A stretch of DNA of 64,000 nucleotides from assembly GCA_036172245.1 (NCBI GenBank), contig JAYWIR010000028.1, positions 186,001 to 250,000 of the forward strand, written 5' to 3'. The notes under the pieces were generated by a model, which worked only from the letters and a program-made list of their open reading frames with translations, searched no databases and had not been told where the DNA came from. This stretch comes from Raillietiella orientalis. Its lineage: Eukaryota. The position numbers and the translations under genes were made by a program. This document shows positions 12,501 to 27,100 of the stretch, one piece after another; position 1 is the stretch's first letter; each line of letters starts with the position of its first letter.

Positions 12501-15500
12501 GATTCTGTTCGCATCCGCTCCGCTCGTTTCACCCTGAGGTTGCGTCCGTTTGGATGATGGGGACGGCCGACCTGACCCGTTGTTTTCAGCTCTGGGGGAA
12601 AGCACGTGCTCCGCTCTTCCACGCCACACGAGAAAGTGAGTCTCAGAATAATCAGCCAGGGCTGTGCTTAAGTGTTCGGGAAAACACGAATTCGAAGGAA
12701 ACCGTTCCAAGCTCGAATCACGCAGTCAAAGGCCGCATCCGTCTCGGAGGAGAAACACGCGAGATGGCCGTGGAAAGCACTTCTCTGGAAACTCACGTAT
12801 TTCTCGGATTCCGAGCTTTCCGGACTTTTCGTAGTTTCCCTCTGCTCACGGGCTCGAAGCTCGGCAGGGCCCATTGCCCTTTTCTGCTCGATGCCAAACT
12901 CGGAATTGCCGTTCCACTCTTCGGAATTCCAGCAGAAAACTCGTTGAATGCACTTTTTTGAGTGTCCGTTGTGAAATATTGCAGCCTTTCAGCGCGTGCG
13001 TCATATTTCTTCTGTTTGTCGACTTGCGACGGCTGCACAGTGTGCTTAGTGAGCATCCCCCGGAACTGGGACTTTAAGAAGATGTATACAAATGAAAAAA
13101 AATGATGCTCACAGTTCCTTCCCGTGCGAGCACGGAACGAATTGGCTAGGAAACGGAGGATAACGCCATAATAAAAGCGACTAAGAATCTCTAGAAATGT
13201 GGAAACACCACCCATGAAAAGTGGGCAGTTTCAAACAAATGCAAGATTGGAGAAAATTTTGCAGAAATTCAGCGATATCTACAAATTTTTATGTATGTTC
13301 TTATAGATATGAACGAAGATTTGCTTTATTTGCAAGGTGATTTCTGTCAATAAAACCCATAAGTGCTTACAAATAAATGAAAATACTTGATGATGGGATT
13401 CGCTTCGAGTGCATTCGGCGTTGGACTTCATTTCTGCTCTAAAAAGATTTACTTTTTTCACCGTCGAAAACCGTGGTGAAAAAGGCAACGTAAAGAATTC
13501 CTCTGAAATGCAAAAAAAAAAAAAAAAAAAAATAAGCGACAGAATGAACGGAAAAGAAAATGCAATGAACAACTTCAAAACACTGTGCATCAGATTTTGA
13601 CGAAATCTCGGCTTCTTGAGCATTGGTCAAATAGTGGAAAAAATATTGAGGCACATTGCGAGTGAACGACCTCCTTTTGTGAAAAAGCTATAAATAAAGC
13701 ATAGAGCAGTGTAGAGTACAAAACTCCTGGAAAGCTCATGACCGTATACAATCACGCTATACAGTGGTCTCGGCAAGCGATTTCATCTAATTTCAAGATT
13801 TTTTTCTCTTCGGATTGTTTTGTCTCGCGTACAGATAATTTGTCTATGAAGGTACGGTACTTTGGAGAGGAAATTCAAAGTCCACTGAATTGATCTGATT
13901 GGTGATTTCATTTGTTGTCGATGATTGTTAAGCTCTAGGTGATTGTTAAGACCATTGTTGCATTCTCGCTTTTTTCATTGTTGTTCCATTGCTTCATTGT
14001 TTGGTAGCTTGTCGACCCTTCCAACAATCCAATGCGGTCACAATGCCTGGAGAATTTTTGCGAATTTCCGGCACGTGATCGTTTTTGCACGGCATTCGGA
14101 GATCGAAAGGCGTAATGTCATCGCCATAGCTGTGCGATCACGCAGGCCAACAAGTAGGCGACACCTGGTGGGAACACAAACACAGCATGCACGTTTCCTT
14201 AGCAACGGCGTCATACATGATGAACGCAAAACGCCATGTTCCGTTGTTTGGGAAACAGGCATGTGGAAAACGGAAAAAAGGGGAGCTGCTCGAAACCTGG
14301 CCCACCAACACTTTGTGTGGACCCATCTTTCGAGAAGTCTCAGGGCAAGAAAATGGGGTGCAAACATTCTGAACGATGGAGCAGAGAAAGTTTTCCACCT
14401 GCACTTGCACGTGAAAGTCTTTCAAAATAAGTAATCCTGCTTGAATTTTAGCCACGATTTTTCACTGCGATTTTCATACGATTATTTTCGCGTATTTGCT
14501 CTCGATTTGTTCAGCTGCACAGCAAGCATAATTAAGCAAATTAAAATGAAAAGTTGAAAGCAAATTCGCTGTTAATACAATCACAAGATGACAAAAGCGT
14601 GTGTGGACCGCTGTGTTCCCATAGGAAGAGCTCTGTTTTCTTAATATTGCGATTATCCTGTTACTCTTAAGGTAATCTGTGGAGTGTGCTCAGCAGTGTT
14701 GCCAAGTTTTGGGACAATGAGGCGAAACGGCCATCAATGTTTTCAAAACAAGAGATCAAGTTCAAGTGAAAAAAATTGCCCACCCCCCCCCTTCCCTCCC
14801 CAAATATCTGCAACTACACTTTACTTTAAAAGATCACAAAAACCGAATTTCATCACACTGTGGCACTAATTTGCGCAAATTTGCGTCCGGTACGAATATG
14901 CACATGATATAATTGAGGATGAACGGGAAAAAAAATATGAATGCAAATTCAAACGAAATTTTTTGTTCATAGCATCGGAAATAATTCGAAAAGTTCTCCC
15001 CAGGTTATTTCAATCGCGACGGATTCGTTTCTGTACCGTGGATGATGCGAGGATGGGAAGCGTTTCGAATCGAAGAGAGTCACGACAGTGACATCTACTC
15101 ACGGGACGCGGAAGTAGACTTTGCGAGATGGAACCGTCCGTCTCGCTGCCGCCGGGCCGTGCGGGCCCGGGCCTTGCAAATTGGGGTTACACAAAGTCGG
15201 TTTCGTGTTCCCAAGTATACCATGTGTGCCAGAAGCATGAAAATTCGTTCCCATAGTTACGTAATGCAATCCTACAAAGAATGTGTTTGTATGTCTGAAT
15301 TCTATGGACTTTGGAGCCATGAAATGGTTTGGCAGGTTAAAAAATTTGCAATAAAGAAAGCAAAAAAAATCAGATGAACTGAAAGTTTTGCGAATCTTTT
15401 TTTTTTTTTTTTTTTTCCTTTCCCTTTCTCTGAACAAAAGTGCAACTCACAAAAATTGATCCATAGACTTTCAAGATATGATCACTGGAAAAGAAATGGT

Positions 15501-15891
15501 TTCTCAAGCAAGGATGTTTTCGATCTTCTGAGTTTGTTCCTTGATTTCCGCGAAGTAGTCGCTTCACGCCGCGTTTTTCTTTTCCCTCTTTTTGAACTCT
15601 GTTTCCACCCAGCGTCCCAGCATCTGCTGTTTCTGTGCACGCTGCAACAGGTGTCCCAACCGCAAGTTCCTCTGAAGAACATTCCAGCCACACCTTCCTG
15701 CGGTCGCGCTGCTTCCTGCGATGGAGCTTTGCGCGGAACTTTGCCCTGAGGAGGCCCGCGATTTCGAAATTCAACGGAATCGGCTTCCCGGCGTCAGGGA
15801 TTGTTCCAGGGTGAATGCGGGGTTAGGATTCGGGGCACACGCACGATGCTTTGGGAGGTGCATACTGTTTTGCACAGGAAGAAGCATAAGG

Positions 15892-15923
15892 ATGCCTCTA
15901 TCTACGGGGCTGTCATCTCCACA
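15892..15923 (+). CDS. Mp: Putative first coding exon of multiplexin (MPLSTGLSSP, then split Gln codon)
   Basis: ATG at 15892, canonical GTAAGT donor at 15924 in phase 2, upstream acceptor tgttttgcacag ending 15877. Joins in frame to 17340. Inference only. Confidence 0.45.
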
Positions 15924-18136
15924 GTAAGTGAATCCCTTCCGTTCGTGATGAGCTGAGTTTCGCTGGCGACCTCCATCCTTGCCTGAGGTCGGCGACACGA
16001 AGGTGTCTCCTGTTTCATTCAAACATCCCTTCCAGCGTGTAGCTGTGTGCATGGAAGGGTGCTGTGTGGTACGCAAGGGTGTCGGTTGCAAACCGGACGT
16101 GTGCAACAGGAAGCGGGGTCACGGCTACCGTCGAAAAACGAGCACTCTCCGTTCCAACTGCGAGAACGAGGTGCGACACAGCCGGGGCAAGCACGACACG
16201 CGGAAGAGTTGTCTTGCATCTGCGACACGGAAGGTCGCGGGGGAACCAACACGCGTCCCGATTTGCAATTTACAGCTTGCTTACGCGGAACCTCTTGTAT
16301 GGGAAGCAGAACGTTCGGCTCTCATTCTCTAAGTTCACTCGGGATTTCCGGTTCCTTCTTTTTTTTTTTTTCTTCCCGGCGTCTCTGTGCTGTTCTCGCC
16401 GCGGCGCCGTGATCTCGGAACCCATCAAATCCTGAATGTGGCTTTCTCAGCGTCTGCGAATTCGAGCGCCAACGCTTCTCGTGCCACTGGTGAGAACGAA
16501 CCTGGCAGTAAGATGAAGCTGCCATCAATGTGGCACCACGGCGTTGTGCGGTCAACCTTCCGGTCAGGTCTCAGCAGCATGAGGATTTCGTTCCCACCGA
16601 GCTCTTAACCTATTTCGTCATCGCCCCCCCTTCATTCTGGGATCCGGATCTGCGATGAGGCTGCCCTGCATCTCCGCGGATGTGGAGGCGAGATGCGCAC
16701 CGCCTTCGGTTCACCCTCGCTGCCATGTGCCACCTGCCACAGGTGCCAGACGTGCAAAGCAAAAAGCGGATAGGCGTTATCCCCTCAAATGCACTAAGAG
16801 AACATTGCATGCCGTCAGACTCCTGCAGATCGCTTTCGCGGCAAAACGAATGCCCCAAATTCACCTCAGCTTGGGATGTTTACGCCCGAGTGGCTCCCCG
16901 CACTTATGCATTCAAACGAAGTATTTGGAGGTTGTTTGTAAATGAAATAGTGTTTCCACGAATGGACACTGAGGACCTCTTGAGTGGATAAAAGCGTGGT
17001 ATGAATACGTCAAGTGGCCCCCAAAAGTTTGCTCGTTGATAATGAACTGAGCTTCGCAGCATAGGAATCACTGCCCTTCGCATCGCTTCTTCTTCTTCTT
17101 CTTCTTCAGGCCACTTTGGTTTGCTCACATTCAGTTAAAGTTTGCCTTTGCCTGGTGAAATGCCGATGCAGCGTCGCATAATTCCAAGCAGCAGGGATGA
17201 GTGATGTCGGGGTAATCAATGTAAACAGCAAACCGTGTGGCCGTATGAGCCGAATATGAGCCGATGCCCCCCCGTGTACGCTAAACAAACTTTGCAGAGA
17301 ATAACGAGTGCTTAAGGATGTTCCATCTGTCTATTTCAGAGTTATCGTACTGTTTGGTTTCTCCCTGTGCCTATGCCAGATGCTCTCCACAGAATCCTCA
17401 ACTTCTTACATGGTGCAAGGTATCGGCAACATCCTTTCCTTTTTCGTGCCAATGGCTTTGCAAAGCAAAGCAAAGTTCGAGAGCTTTTCTTTATTTATTG
17501 CAATTTTCTGTGATTTTAATGTGCTTTGAAGGGAAATTATTTTGTAATTTTCCTTTGCACACCGATTGTGGTGGCTCGCCAGAACTGGCTGTGCACCGGA
17601 AAGAGTGTAAAGGTTTTTTTTTTTCTTTCTCAAAGAAAGAAAAAGAGGAAAGAAAAGAGGGGGGGCGCATTTTATTCATCGCTTCCATTTCTAATAATTT
17701 AGAATATTCCAGCAGGAAACTCGTAAGGAACAGATTCATGAATTTCCCTCCACGTCCTTGAGAAAAGTTGAGCAAACGTTACGTCATGAGAGTCCCATGC
17801 GGACGTCGCCAGCTTGGATCGAAAAGCACACCTTCGAGGTTGCCATAGTTACAGCCCTCGGCCACTCCGTACGCTCCAGCGAGATCCGAGGTCCCGCGTT
17901 CCCAAGAAGTGACTGTTTCCGTCTTTCGTGATCGGCGGCATCCATGCACTCGGTTTTTAATGAGCGCATTCTGAGCTACTCCAGTTGCCCAGAGGGCCAT
18001 CGCGAGACTTGGCGGGCAGGGAGGGCTCTTTGGGGCGGGGGGCGACCGCTTCACGGGCAGATTCTGGAACAGAACCTTTTGGGGGGGCTCGGATCCTTTG
18101 GGCGGATGCATCCTCAGAAGGTTCACCGCGCAAATT

Positions 18137-18173
<37 letters not shown>

Positions 18174-21100
18174 GGCATAGTTTGAAGGTTTTCTGTGAAT
18201 AAATGGTGGTCAGTTCAGACAGTTTTTGTACAGCAGCGCGTTCAGTCATAAAGTGTGGCTGTCACAAAGTTTAGCTCTGTGCATTTCTTCTGCTTTTAAA
18301 CGGAAAAAAACGTGCAACACGTGGCAGCGAGAACTTGATTTGACCTCTGGAAATCCTTATAAAAGTGAACAGGCGTGGTAGGAAGAAGAGTAATAGATTT
18401 TTTCCCAGGGTCGGAAATTCCTGGTAGGAGTTCGTACAAGGAGCTGTACATGCTTTCATGTAACCAATCCCAACCCCCCTCAATGTATCGCCTCCTTTGC
18501 TCCCTCCCTTTCCTTTGGCTCCTTGAGATGAGATCCGGGACTTGAATCGACGTGCCTCGTCGTTCCACCTTCCAGTTCAGGGCGTTTCCCATCCGGAACG
18601 TCCGAGGTTCGAATCTCCGAGGGAGAGCATTTTCGGAGGTCCTTATCGGGAAGGATCGAAGCGCGACGGCGCCGGAATCCACCGTGCTGCCATCTCCCGC
18701 CGGAACTCGTGACCACCGCCATCAGGCTGTCGGGTCGGCTGCGTGGAACCAAATTTGCGAATTTCGAATTTGCTTCCCTTCGATGGCGCCGATTATTGCT
18801 GCAAAGCGAAGATGGCGGTTCCCTTTCGCTTCGGACTCGGGCGCCAGCTCGGGAAGGCAGCGGCACCAGCACTTTGCTTCGCCTCCGTCTCGTTCTTGCG
18901 TTTGGCATTCCAATCAGAGGCATCCGTACACAGCGCCCTTGCACGTGTCAACGAAGGTACATACCAATCGCCAGCTGACACACAACGAATCCCTGCCGCT
19001 GCTCGTTGTGGCTGTACAGTCCATCCTTACGTCGAAATTTCGGAAGCGAATTCAACGACCCCTGACGGATGGCAATGTCAGAAAACGAAGCGGACGCTGT
19101 TCTCTTGGAAAGTTTCTCTCTTTTTTCCCTTCCGTTCTCCTACCACGAACAAACATCAAATTGCCTCGAGGAATAATCAGAGATGTTCTTTCCTGAGTTT
19201 GCGATTGACACTCCTTTTGAAAACCGCTCGAGTCCAACAGCCGCTCGTCGTTGCGTCTGCTCAGAACAACGTTTGTTTGGTGAACAAAGAAAAGCCATCG
19301 CAGGCAAAAGAAGAAGAAATTGCCAAGGGCGAGGAGGCAGTTGAAACCTTTCCGGCTCGCATCGGTCCAGGTCATCCGCCCGTCGCTTTCCTGCTGGACA
19401 TCTCTCCGCGCTGGGCATCTTCCCGAAGATTGCTCCGCCCCGGTGCCGAAGAGCGGCGGCGGTAGCCAAGGCAACCCGCCTCCGGAAGCGTCAGGGCGGA
19501 CCTCCTCTGTTCGAAGACGGAAACGTTCGTCGGCTTCCTTGCAAGGAAAATCCGCTCGGATGCCGCAGGCGGTCGAAAGGAGTCGTCCTGCGCGCCTTCG
19601 CGGACGGTGCGAAACTTTCCATCAGTTCAGATTTCGGGTTGACGGGGAGACGCCATCTTTTCCCAGCATCGGCGGAAGAACTGTACCAACCATTTGCTCG
19701 GGTCCGCTTCGCCGGGCTCGACGACGGCCTCCCCCCCCCCCCCCTCCCGGGACGATGGTCACCCATTCCTTGCGCACGTGGCGGAATGTTTCTCTCCTCC
19801 CTCAACGTGACCGTCAGTTTCCCGGAGCTCTTCTCACCAAAGGCGCTCAGAGGAAAAACCAATGGTGAACGGAAAATTATCCGCCTGCACCGCGCGACGG
19901 CGCTCGCGCATGACTGAACGATGTGAATCTCCTCATCATTTTTTTTTTTTTTTTTTTTTTCAAATTGAAATTTCGAATTCGAGAAGGAGAAGTCTAAAAA
20001 CAATATAAAGCCTTTATTAATCTCAACAGCATATCGTATAAAATTTCCATTATAAAATTAAAGCCTACATAAAATCACCGCCTCGCCGGAAGTACATAAA
20101 ACGCTTTCTATCAAAATAAGTGCTGTCTGCCTTCTGCGCCCATTAGTACGCCCCCATCCTCCGCAGCATCTTCGAAATAGGTGCTCCCCTTGGAAGCTTC
20201 CCTACTCGCTATTCTGTTGATGGCTTCCAACGCGCATTCGTACTTCGACTTCGCCCTTCCTGCTTTTTCGAAGTAGGTCAGTTTTTCTTCCATGGGCATG
20301 GCTGACCAGTTCTGCCTGGCCGTCGCGTACAGGAGCTTCCTTCTCCTCTTCTCCGTGACCTGCGTGGCACAGTTACCTCGGGTCACTCTTCCCCCGCAAC
20401 CTTCCTCTCACCTTCTGCAAGTGCTCGTAATAGATTGCGAAAGCCGATTTCGGTTTCAGAGGACACGGCCAGAAATTGGCTTTCAGCCTGCGCTCTAGAG
20501 ATTTGTGATAGCTTTCCTTCGCTGTTTCAGAAGCCTTGTAATAGTATATCCGTTCCTCTTCGCTAAGAAGCGCCCACTCCGAGCGCGAAAGGCGGCAGAC
20601 ATCTTTACACTACGGAATACCCGAATCAGTTGCCATTCATTTTGAGGTTTTCCTGTTCTCTCCCTCCCCTCTCCCCCCCCCCCCCACCTCCCCAGGCATG
20701 TTTGCCTTGAGGTTGTACACTTGGATTTTCATCACTTGGATTTCTCTCACCACTGGTCCAGTTCTGCCGCGAGCATTCGAGAAAAAGTATCTCTACCGAG
20801 TGCCACGGAAACATATCGGATTCACATTGAAAACGAACCGCCCTGATGGAACCACTTAGGGTCAAAGGAGACCGCGAAGGCTGACCACACTGATTTTCCA
20901 CCTATAGAATGGAGGAGACCTTTCACACGTGTAAGATCATCGTCGTTTCCGATTTCCCTAGACGACACTCTGAGGATGAGATTCTACAGGGGGCTCCCTA
21001 ATGATTCCTTCATTCGGATGGAACCCGCTAACGGGGATGAATTATCTGAATAAGTCCAAAAGCACACGAACACGTGCACACATACACCGTCTCATATGAA

Positions 21101-24100
21101 CGTGCTGCTCCGTCGCACCTCGTGGGAAAAGCTGCACTCTTCTTCCTGATGGGCTCTCATGGAAATCGGTCATTCTGAGTGATCGCGAGCAGTCGTTTTC
21201 TCGAAAAGGTCCCATCTTCATGCTCCAGCGTCAGCATCCCGATAGGGCATCCTAAGTACTCACATATGCTGTCGCTGGCGGTGTGCTGAGACACTTGAAA
21301 ATGCTTCTTCACTTCTCGACGATTTGCTTTCATTAGAGGCGAATTTCGAGCAACGGCACAGTTTCCCTGAAAGCTCGCTGCAGCACAAAGTTCGGCAGAA
21401 ATTGCGAAAATCGCGAAACTTCGCCGTCACTCGAGAATCGAAAAATTGTCAGAGAAAGGCCAACGCCCTTTCCTCCCCAAAAAGGAAGAAGCCTGCGGCG
21501 GCTCGGAGAGCCCCCCGTGCAGGAGGGGAAGACCGCCACTACCGGGGTTTGCAAAGCTGCTTTTCCTACCCCATCCGAAGTCTTTTGCTCCTCCCATTAA
21601 GGATCGTTAGGGGTTCAATCAAAGGTCCCTCGGTTGGGCGTGAACGTTCCGTTCTCTCCGATCAATGAAACTCCACGTCAAGTGACACCACCCTTACAAA
21701 TGATGGAAGCGAAATAATGCAAACCTTCAAATTTGCTTTCATCAGGCTCAAGATGCGGATGAGGTCGTTCGCAAACATCTGCATGGGGCTCGGTGGCCTC
21801 CTGGGGACTTTCTTGCACAGAGTTGCACTCATCTGGTCCTCCGCACCACGGAAAGCACACCTTCCGCGCATGTCCGGACGATCTCGAATGTTCTGGCGGG
21901 GTTTCCCGGGCAACCCCGCGAAGCGGAGCCAACAATGCGCGCGACAACCAAACGGCGGTTTCGCGCCGCGGCGGCGCAGCGGAAGCTCCGCACTTCCGAG
22001 TCGATGCCTTCGAACGCCGTCCACCGCCGCGCCGAGGTCTCCGCCGATCCCTCCCTGCGGTCGAGCCCGCGTCGGGGGCCTCGTGGTCAAAGCACGTGGC
22101 ACCCGGCGGTGGATTGAGCCCGAGGCCCCCGATGGAGGCCGGAACGATGGCAGGCCTCCCACCAATCACAAGGAGGGGGGGGGAGTTCCCCCTCCGGTCG
22201 TGCCACGGAGAGCGGACCCCTTTGCACCGGGGGGACCCCTCCGGTTTGTTCAGGATGGAGCAGGAGCCCTCACGGGCACCTCTCCAGCTGTTCAAAGGAG
22301 TGAATCCCTCCCCTGCTGCGGGGGTCCCTCCGAGTCGTGCAAGGAAGCAAGCGAGAGCGATTCCCCTGCGGGAAGCTGCAGCGCCCCTTCTGAGTTTCGG
22401 AAGCGTCCCTTCGGGGTTCTCTTCAGAGGAGTGAAGAGGAGCGGTTCCCTTGCGGGTTCATTCCGGAGGAGAAGATGGAATGGTGAGGACCACCCCTCTT
22501 CCGGGGTGGTCCTTCCGGAGAGAATGAGGAAGGACATTCCCGTCGGGGACAACCAAGGTGGGAGGTGCGATCCTCCCTCCCCAAGCGTGAGAGGAACGGA
22601 TTCCGAGCCTTCCTGGAGTCATAGGGAGGGCCCCCCATATCATAGGGGTGCCCCCTATCGTGAAGAATAGCACGCACCCTGCGTGGGTGGCGTGGAACAG
22701 TGTTAAAGAGCCGCGTGCGCCGCGAGGCAGGCGACCGGCTCTTGAGGTACTTAGCGATAGAAAAGAGGGGGTGGAAATCTTGATGACGATGATGATCCCC
22801 TCCATCCGGCAAAGACAATTACTTGGAAGCGTTCGTCTGGGAGAGATCAGATTTTCCTTTTACTTGACTGTATCGAGGTCGTTGCTGGATATCCCAAAAA
22901 GGGGGGGGGGAAGCGGAAAGACCCTGACAGAAGGGTGGTGATCGAACTGGAAGACGAAAGGAGCGCAAAAAGCAAAAGAGCGCAGACGCCGACTGCTGAG
23001 CCGCGTGGCCAAGGCAAAAAAAAGTCACACGGCAAACGTGCTGAAGAACGCGTTTCCTCTCAAGCCGCTGGTGAAAGAGCAAGCAAATGGGATTTCCCGA
23101 ACGTCCTCTTTTGCGGATACTTTGATGGCTGCTGCCGATCGTGCTCCCGTGGTTCCCATCTGTGTGGATGGGATCCTCCGGCCATGGATTTTCCCATCTT
23201 CGGTTCGGAAGACTGTAGCTGAACGGAAAGTAAGCGCAAGTGCGGAAATCCAAAATGGCCGCGTTCAACTATTTGGGAAAAGAGAGTTTCCATTGAAATG
23301 CTTAACGTTTCGATTGACTGCAGTGCTGCCCCACGAAGAAAAAGAAGCCGCCCGCATGGCCAGGAAGCGGAAGGCAAGTCTTTCTGCAGCCCGGTAGAAG
23401 TTTCAACCCGAATGCGTAGAAGTGGAGTTTCCTAGCAAGTGCACCGTTGACGCATCCGTGACCGAGGCGGAAGATGGCACGGAGGGGACTGCTTATGCTG
23501 CCTCTTCTTCTTTATAAAGGTGAAAATTTTCGAGAACTTAAAGCAGAGTTGCGAATTGAGAATGTGTGCTCAGCGTGCCGGGGAGGCGTGACCACTTTGG
23601 AGCCTGAGGTCACTCCGACGAAATCAGAGAAATGATTCGTTGGACTATGCGCTTTCCATTTTACGGTACTTCCTATAGGACATACACAATAATGGTACAT
23701 CTATTAAGTGGTCTGATTTGCAGCTGAAGTTTCTTTCCAAAGAGATTTCAGGGATCTCAGAAAAAAATAGAAAGAAATACACCGAGCACAAACAACTTCC
23801 ATCAATTCACGTATACACTTGAAAAATAGAGAGAGAGGGAGAGAGAGAGAAAGAGGGCGTGAAGCAAGTTGGAGTCTGAGGGGTGCATTATGTACCAATC
23901 TTGTGATGCGGATTCGTTATTTGCATACATCACTATTCGGAAAGGTCAAATGCCAAACTGCTATTATTTGTAAACGGTTTGAGCGTGAGGATTCATTCTG
24001 ACCTGCGGGGACCTTTCTCGTTCCAGGTGTGCCTGAAGCCACGAACCTCCTGAAGATAATCAACACTTCCTTCAACACTTCGCATGAGGTGAAGTTCACG

Positions 24101-27100
24101 GCTGGTGCAGATGGCTTCCCTGCCATGTTGTTCGAACCCGGAGCGGAGGTCAAAGCTCCGTGTTCAGCTGTCTTTTCGAAGTTCGTGTACCACACTCTGA
24201 CTATTGTGTCTGTGTTCCGTCTGCGAAATGAGTTGGACGGCTACCTGTTCAGTATAGTGGATCCGACTGAGACCATCATCTACCTAGGGATAAGAATTGA
24301 ATCCATTGATTCCCACAGTTCAGTGATGCAAGTTTTTTACACGGACGTGCACTTTTCGAACTCTTCCAACATATTAAGTCAGTTCATTGTGAACCTCCAG
24401 CAAAGATGGAACAGAATATCCGTCGAGGTGTCTTCCGACAAAGTGACTCTTTTGTACAATTGCAAGGAGGGCGTCTCCATCTTTTCCCACATTCTGATCG
24501 AAAAATTAACTCTGCACCCTTCGTCAGTTATTTACATCGCCCAAGGAGGACCCCATCTCAAGGGGGAGCTGGACGTAAGTTCCGCATCCAGGTTCTGGAG
24601 CGATGGTGGAGAGAGTCTGTTGTCGGTCTGTCCCGAGAGAGATCACGCACGTGCGTGAGCCCTATGCACCCTCGAGACGCGCCCTCGAGCGCTGCAGCTT
24701 CGAAACCGTGGAGCGCGATTCCCTCTCAGATGAATTCCCGTAAGATTTTCGAAGTTTCCGGGGAGGAAGGGGGGGGGGGGGGGAAGGCCTGAGAAAAGGG
24801 TGCGTGCAAGACGGTGAGAGCACACCCTGGAAGCATGGCGACCTCGCTTCTCCGTTCTGGGCTGCTTTCCGTGGATAGCGCAGGCAAATGAGCAAGCCCA
24901 GAGGGTCTGACCCTTCCTTCCTGCCCTCGAGTTCCGCGCCCAGCTCTGGGCTCCGGGCATGGGATCGGCGCTCGGTGCACGCGATCGGGCCGGGGCCAGT
25001 GGCTTTTCCCGCGACCTGCGAGTGATCTGCTCGTCAAGGGAAAGTCCACTCGCGGTCAATCAGCCTCGCGGATGCTTTTTAAAAGACGGCCAAGGGCGCG
25101 GCGGTGATCTCGAGAAAACGGAACCAACTTGGGAGCACGAATTTGCCTCCTCGATCGGTCTTTTCTCGCCTTGTCAATACATGGAACTCTTTTTCAGGTT
25201 GCCATTCAAGAGCTGAAAGTGTACGACGGGGTTAACATCGCTGATATCATCTGCTTGGCTGAAGATTCGGTAAGGCATTTATCACCCTGTAAAGGGCGTC
25301 ACACGGGCTGCGGGTGCCCAATCGGTCAGTGTGACCGGCGGGAAATGGGAAAATCAGAGAAAAGTCGCGGATGCCTACATTGGCTACGGCGAGCCCTCTA
25401 ACGCGAGATGGAAAGGGAGGGATTCCGCTCACTTCGTTTTAAAACTGCGTGGAAAGTGTCGCAAGGACTATCCAAAAAATCGCCACAAGGAAACCCGAGT
25501 GAGCTTCCCCCCCCCTTCCCCTTTCCCCGAAAAAAAGAAAGAAAGAGAGGAAAGAAAACTCTACAGCGCAAGAAGAACCTTTCTTTCGCCTCGCACCCAT
25601 AGGTGTGAAATGCCCACATATTTCTAGAAGCTTCATTTTCTTGCCAATTTCTACATCGAATCGTCATCGTGGACCTTCCGGAGAACTCTACGCTTTCTGG
25701 CGGGAACCGTGCTGAACGTCTTCGTTTTCGGCGCCGCAGGCTCGGTGCGCTCTCCAAAAATCGAGGAGAGATCCGTATCCACCGTACATCCTTGGCCGTT
25801 ACTCGATTTCGGAAGCTGTTATCACTTCGAGGCAAGTTCTTAGACGCCAACGAGTTGTTTTCCAAGGATGCCGTCGAAATGCCCGTCGTCGGATGGACGG
25901 TGCATTCGACGTGCAGTCCGTTGCCAAACGTCCGTCCCTCGAGTGCTAAGAACGGACGGACAGAAGGAACCGCTGATGCTTGCGGAATTTCCCTCCAAGT
26001 CGCATTCTGTGTTGAGGCGTTGCTAAAGAAACCGATCCTGCTGCTATCCGGCCTCAACCCTTGGATTTCGTTGGAAAGGCGGAAGGACGTTCCTCTTCAT
26101 CTTTGGAACTCTTAGCGTCCCGCAGATCGCTCTCAAAAGTGCGAAGGCTGCTGCTGCCATTCTGCATAGCAGTCGGTAGGCAACGACCGGCGTGCAAGCT
26201 TGCTGAGGTCGCCGGTCCTTCGTCATCCCCTAGGTGATGTCTCTCCCGGATCGGAGTGATTTTTCCTGGAATCATTCGAAGCCGTTCGGATCCTCCACGG
26301 CAGTTTTTGCGCAAGAGAAAACCGGAAGTGAAGATCGAACTTCAACATCCGAACCAGGATGCTTGGAAAAGAGTTGGAATCAACGGTCACGAACGGCGAA
26401 GGGGTGGTCGTTGCTTTGAAGGTCGGTGCTCCGGCAGACTTGGAAGCTGCTGGATGTTCGAAGTTGGCACAAGACCCGCGAGACTCCACTCGATGGTCCA
26501 GAATGGAAGACGAGGAAACTCGGGGAATCGAGCTGGGAAGAGCGTAGCTTGAGATCGCGCAGGCCGAACATGCAAAGTGACCCCACCCCGCTGTCACGTT
26601 TACGCAGATATAAGGTCGCACTGTTCATTTGCTGCCGGTCAGCATAATTCGGGCAACAGATGTCCGCGATGCGTTCGAACCCCCAGGGTGTTTCAGTTGT
26701 CTGACCATCTGTGTTGCACAACTGTAAGTGGATTTTCCCAGGCAGGTCGACGGACGGCCTCAGAAACACAAAGATATCTGGGATAATGGAAATGGACTGC
26801 CCAAATGGAGAGATCTTAGAGGATCTTTGGGAGACGCAGCAGGATGATTCAGCTGCAGGAATTCCTGGAGAAAGTGACTAGAATGCAGGGATCGCGAGAG
26901 CGGTTCCTTCAAACTGGGAACGCCCCGGGCACGTCTGTCCTTATAGGTGACTCCGCAACTGCAAACGAAAGTTCCAAAGGGTCGATCCGACGGGTGCACC
27001 TTCAGAGGTCGCCAACTTGGTTTCCGTATCTTCTGCACCGTGCGGGACCACTCTTCGAGAGCGCACATCTCTCAGTCGAATTCTGCTCATCACTCTGCAG

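Noticed and set aside
13689..13695. TATAAAT as possible multiplexin TATA box
   Set aside because: Lies in an AT-rich region where such words are common; TSS unknown.
15991..16234. Four CGACAC(G) words close together
   Set aside because: Irregular spacing and only 6-7 nt identity; not a CRISPR or tandem array.
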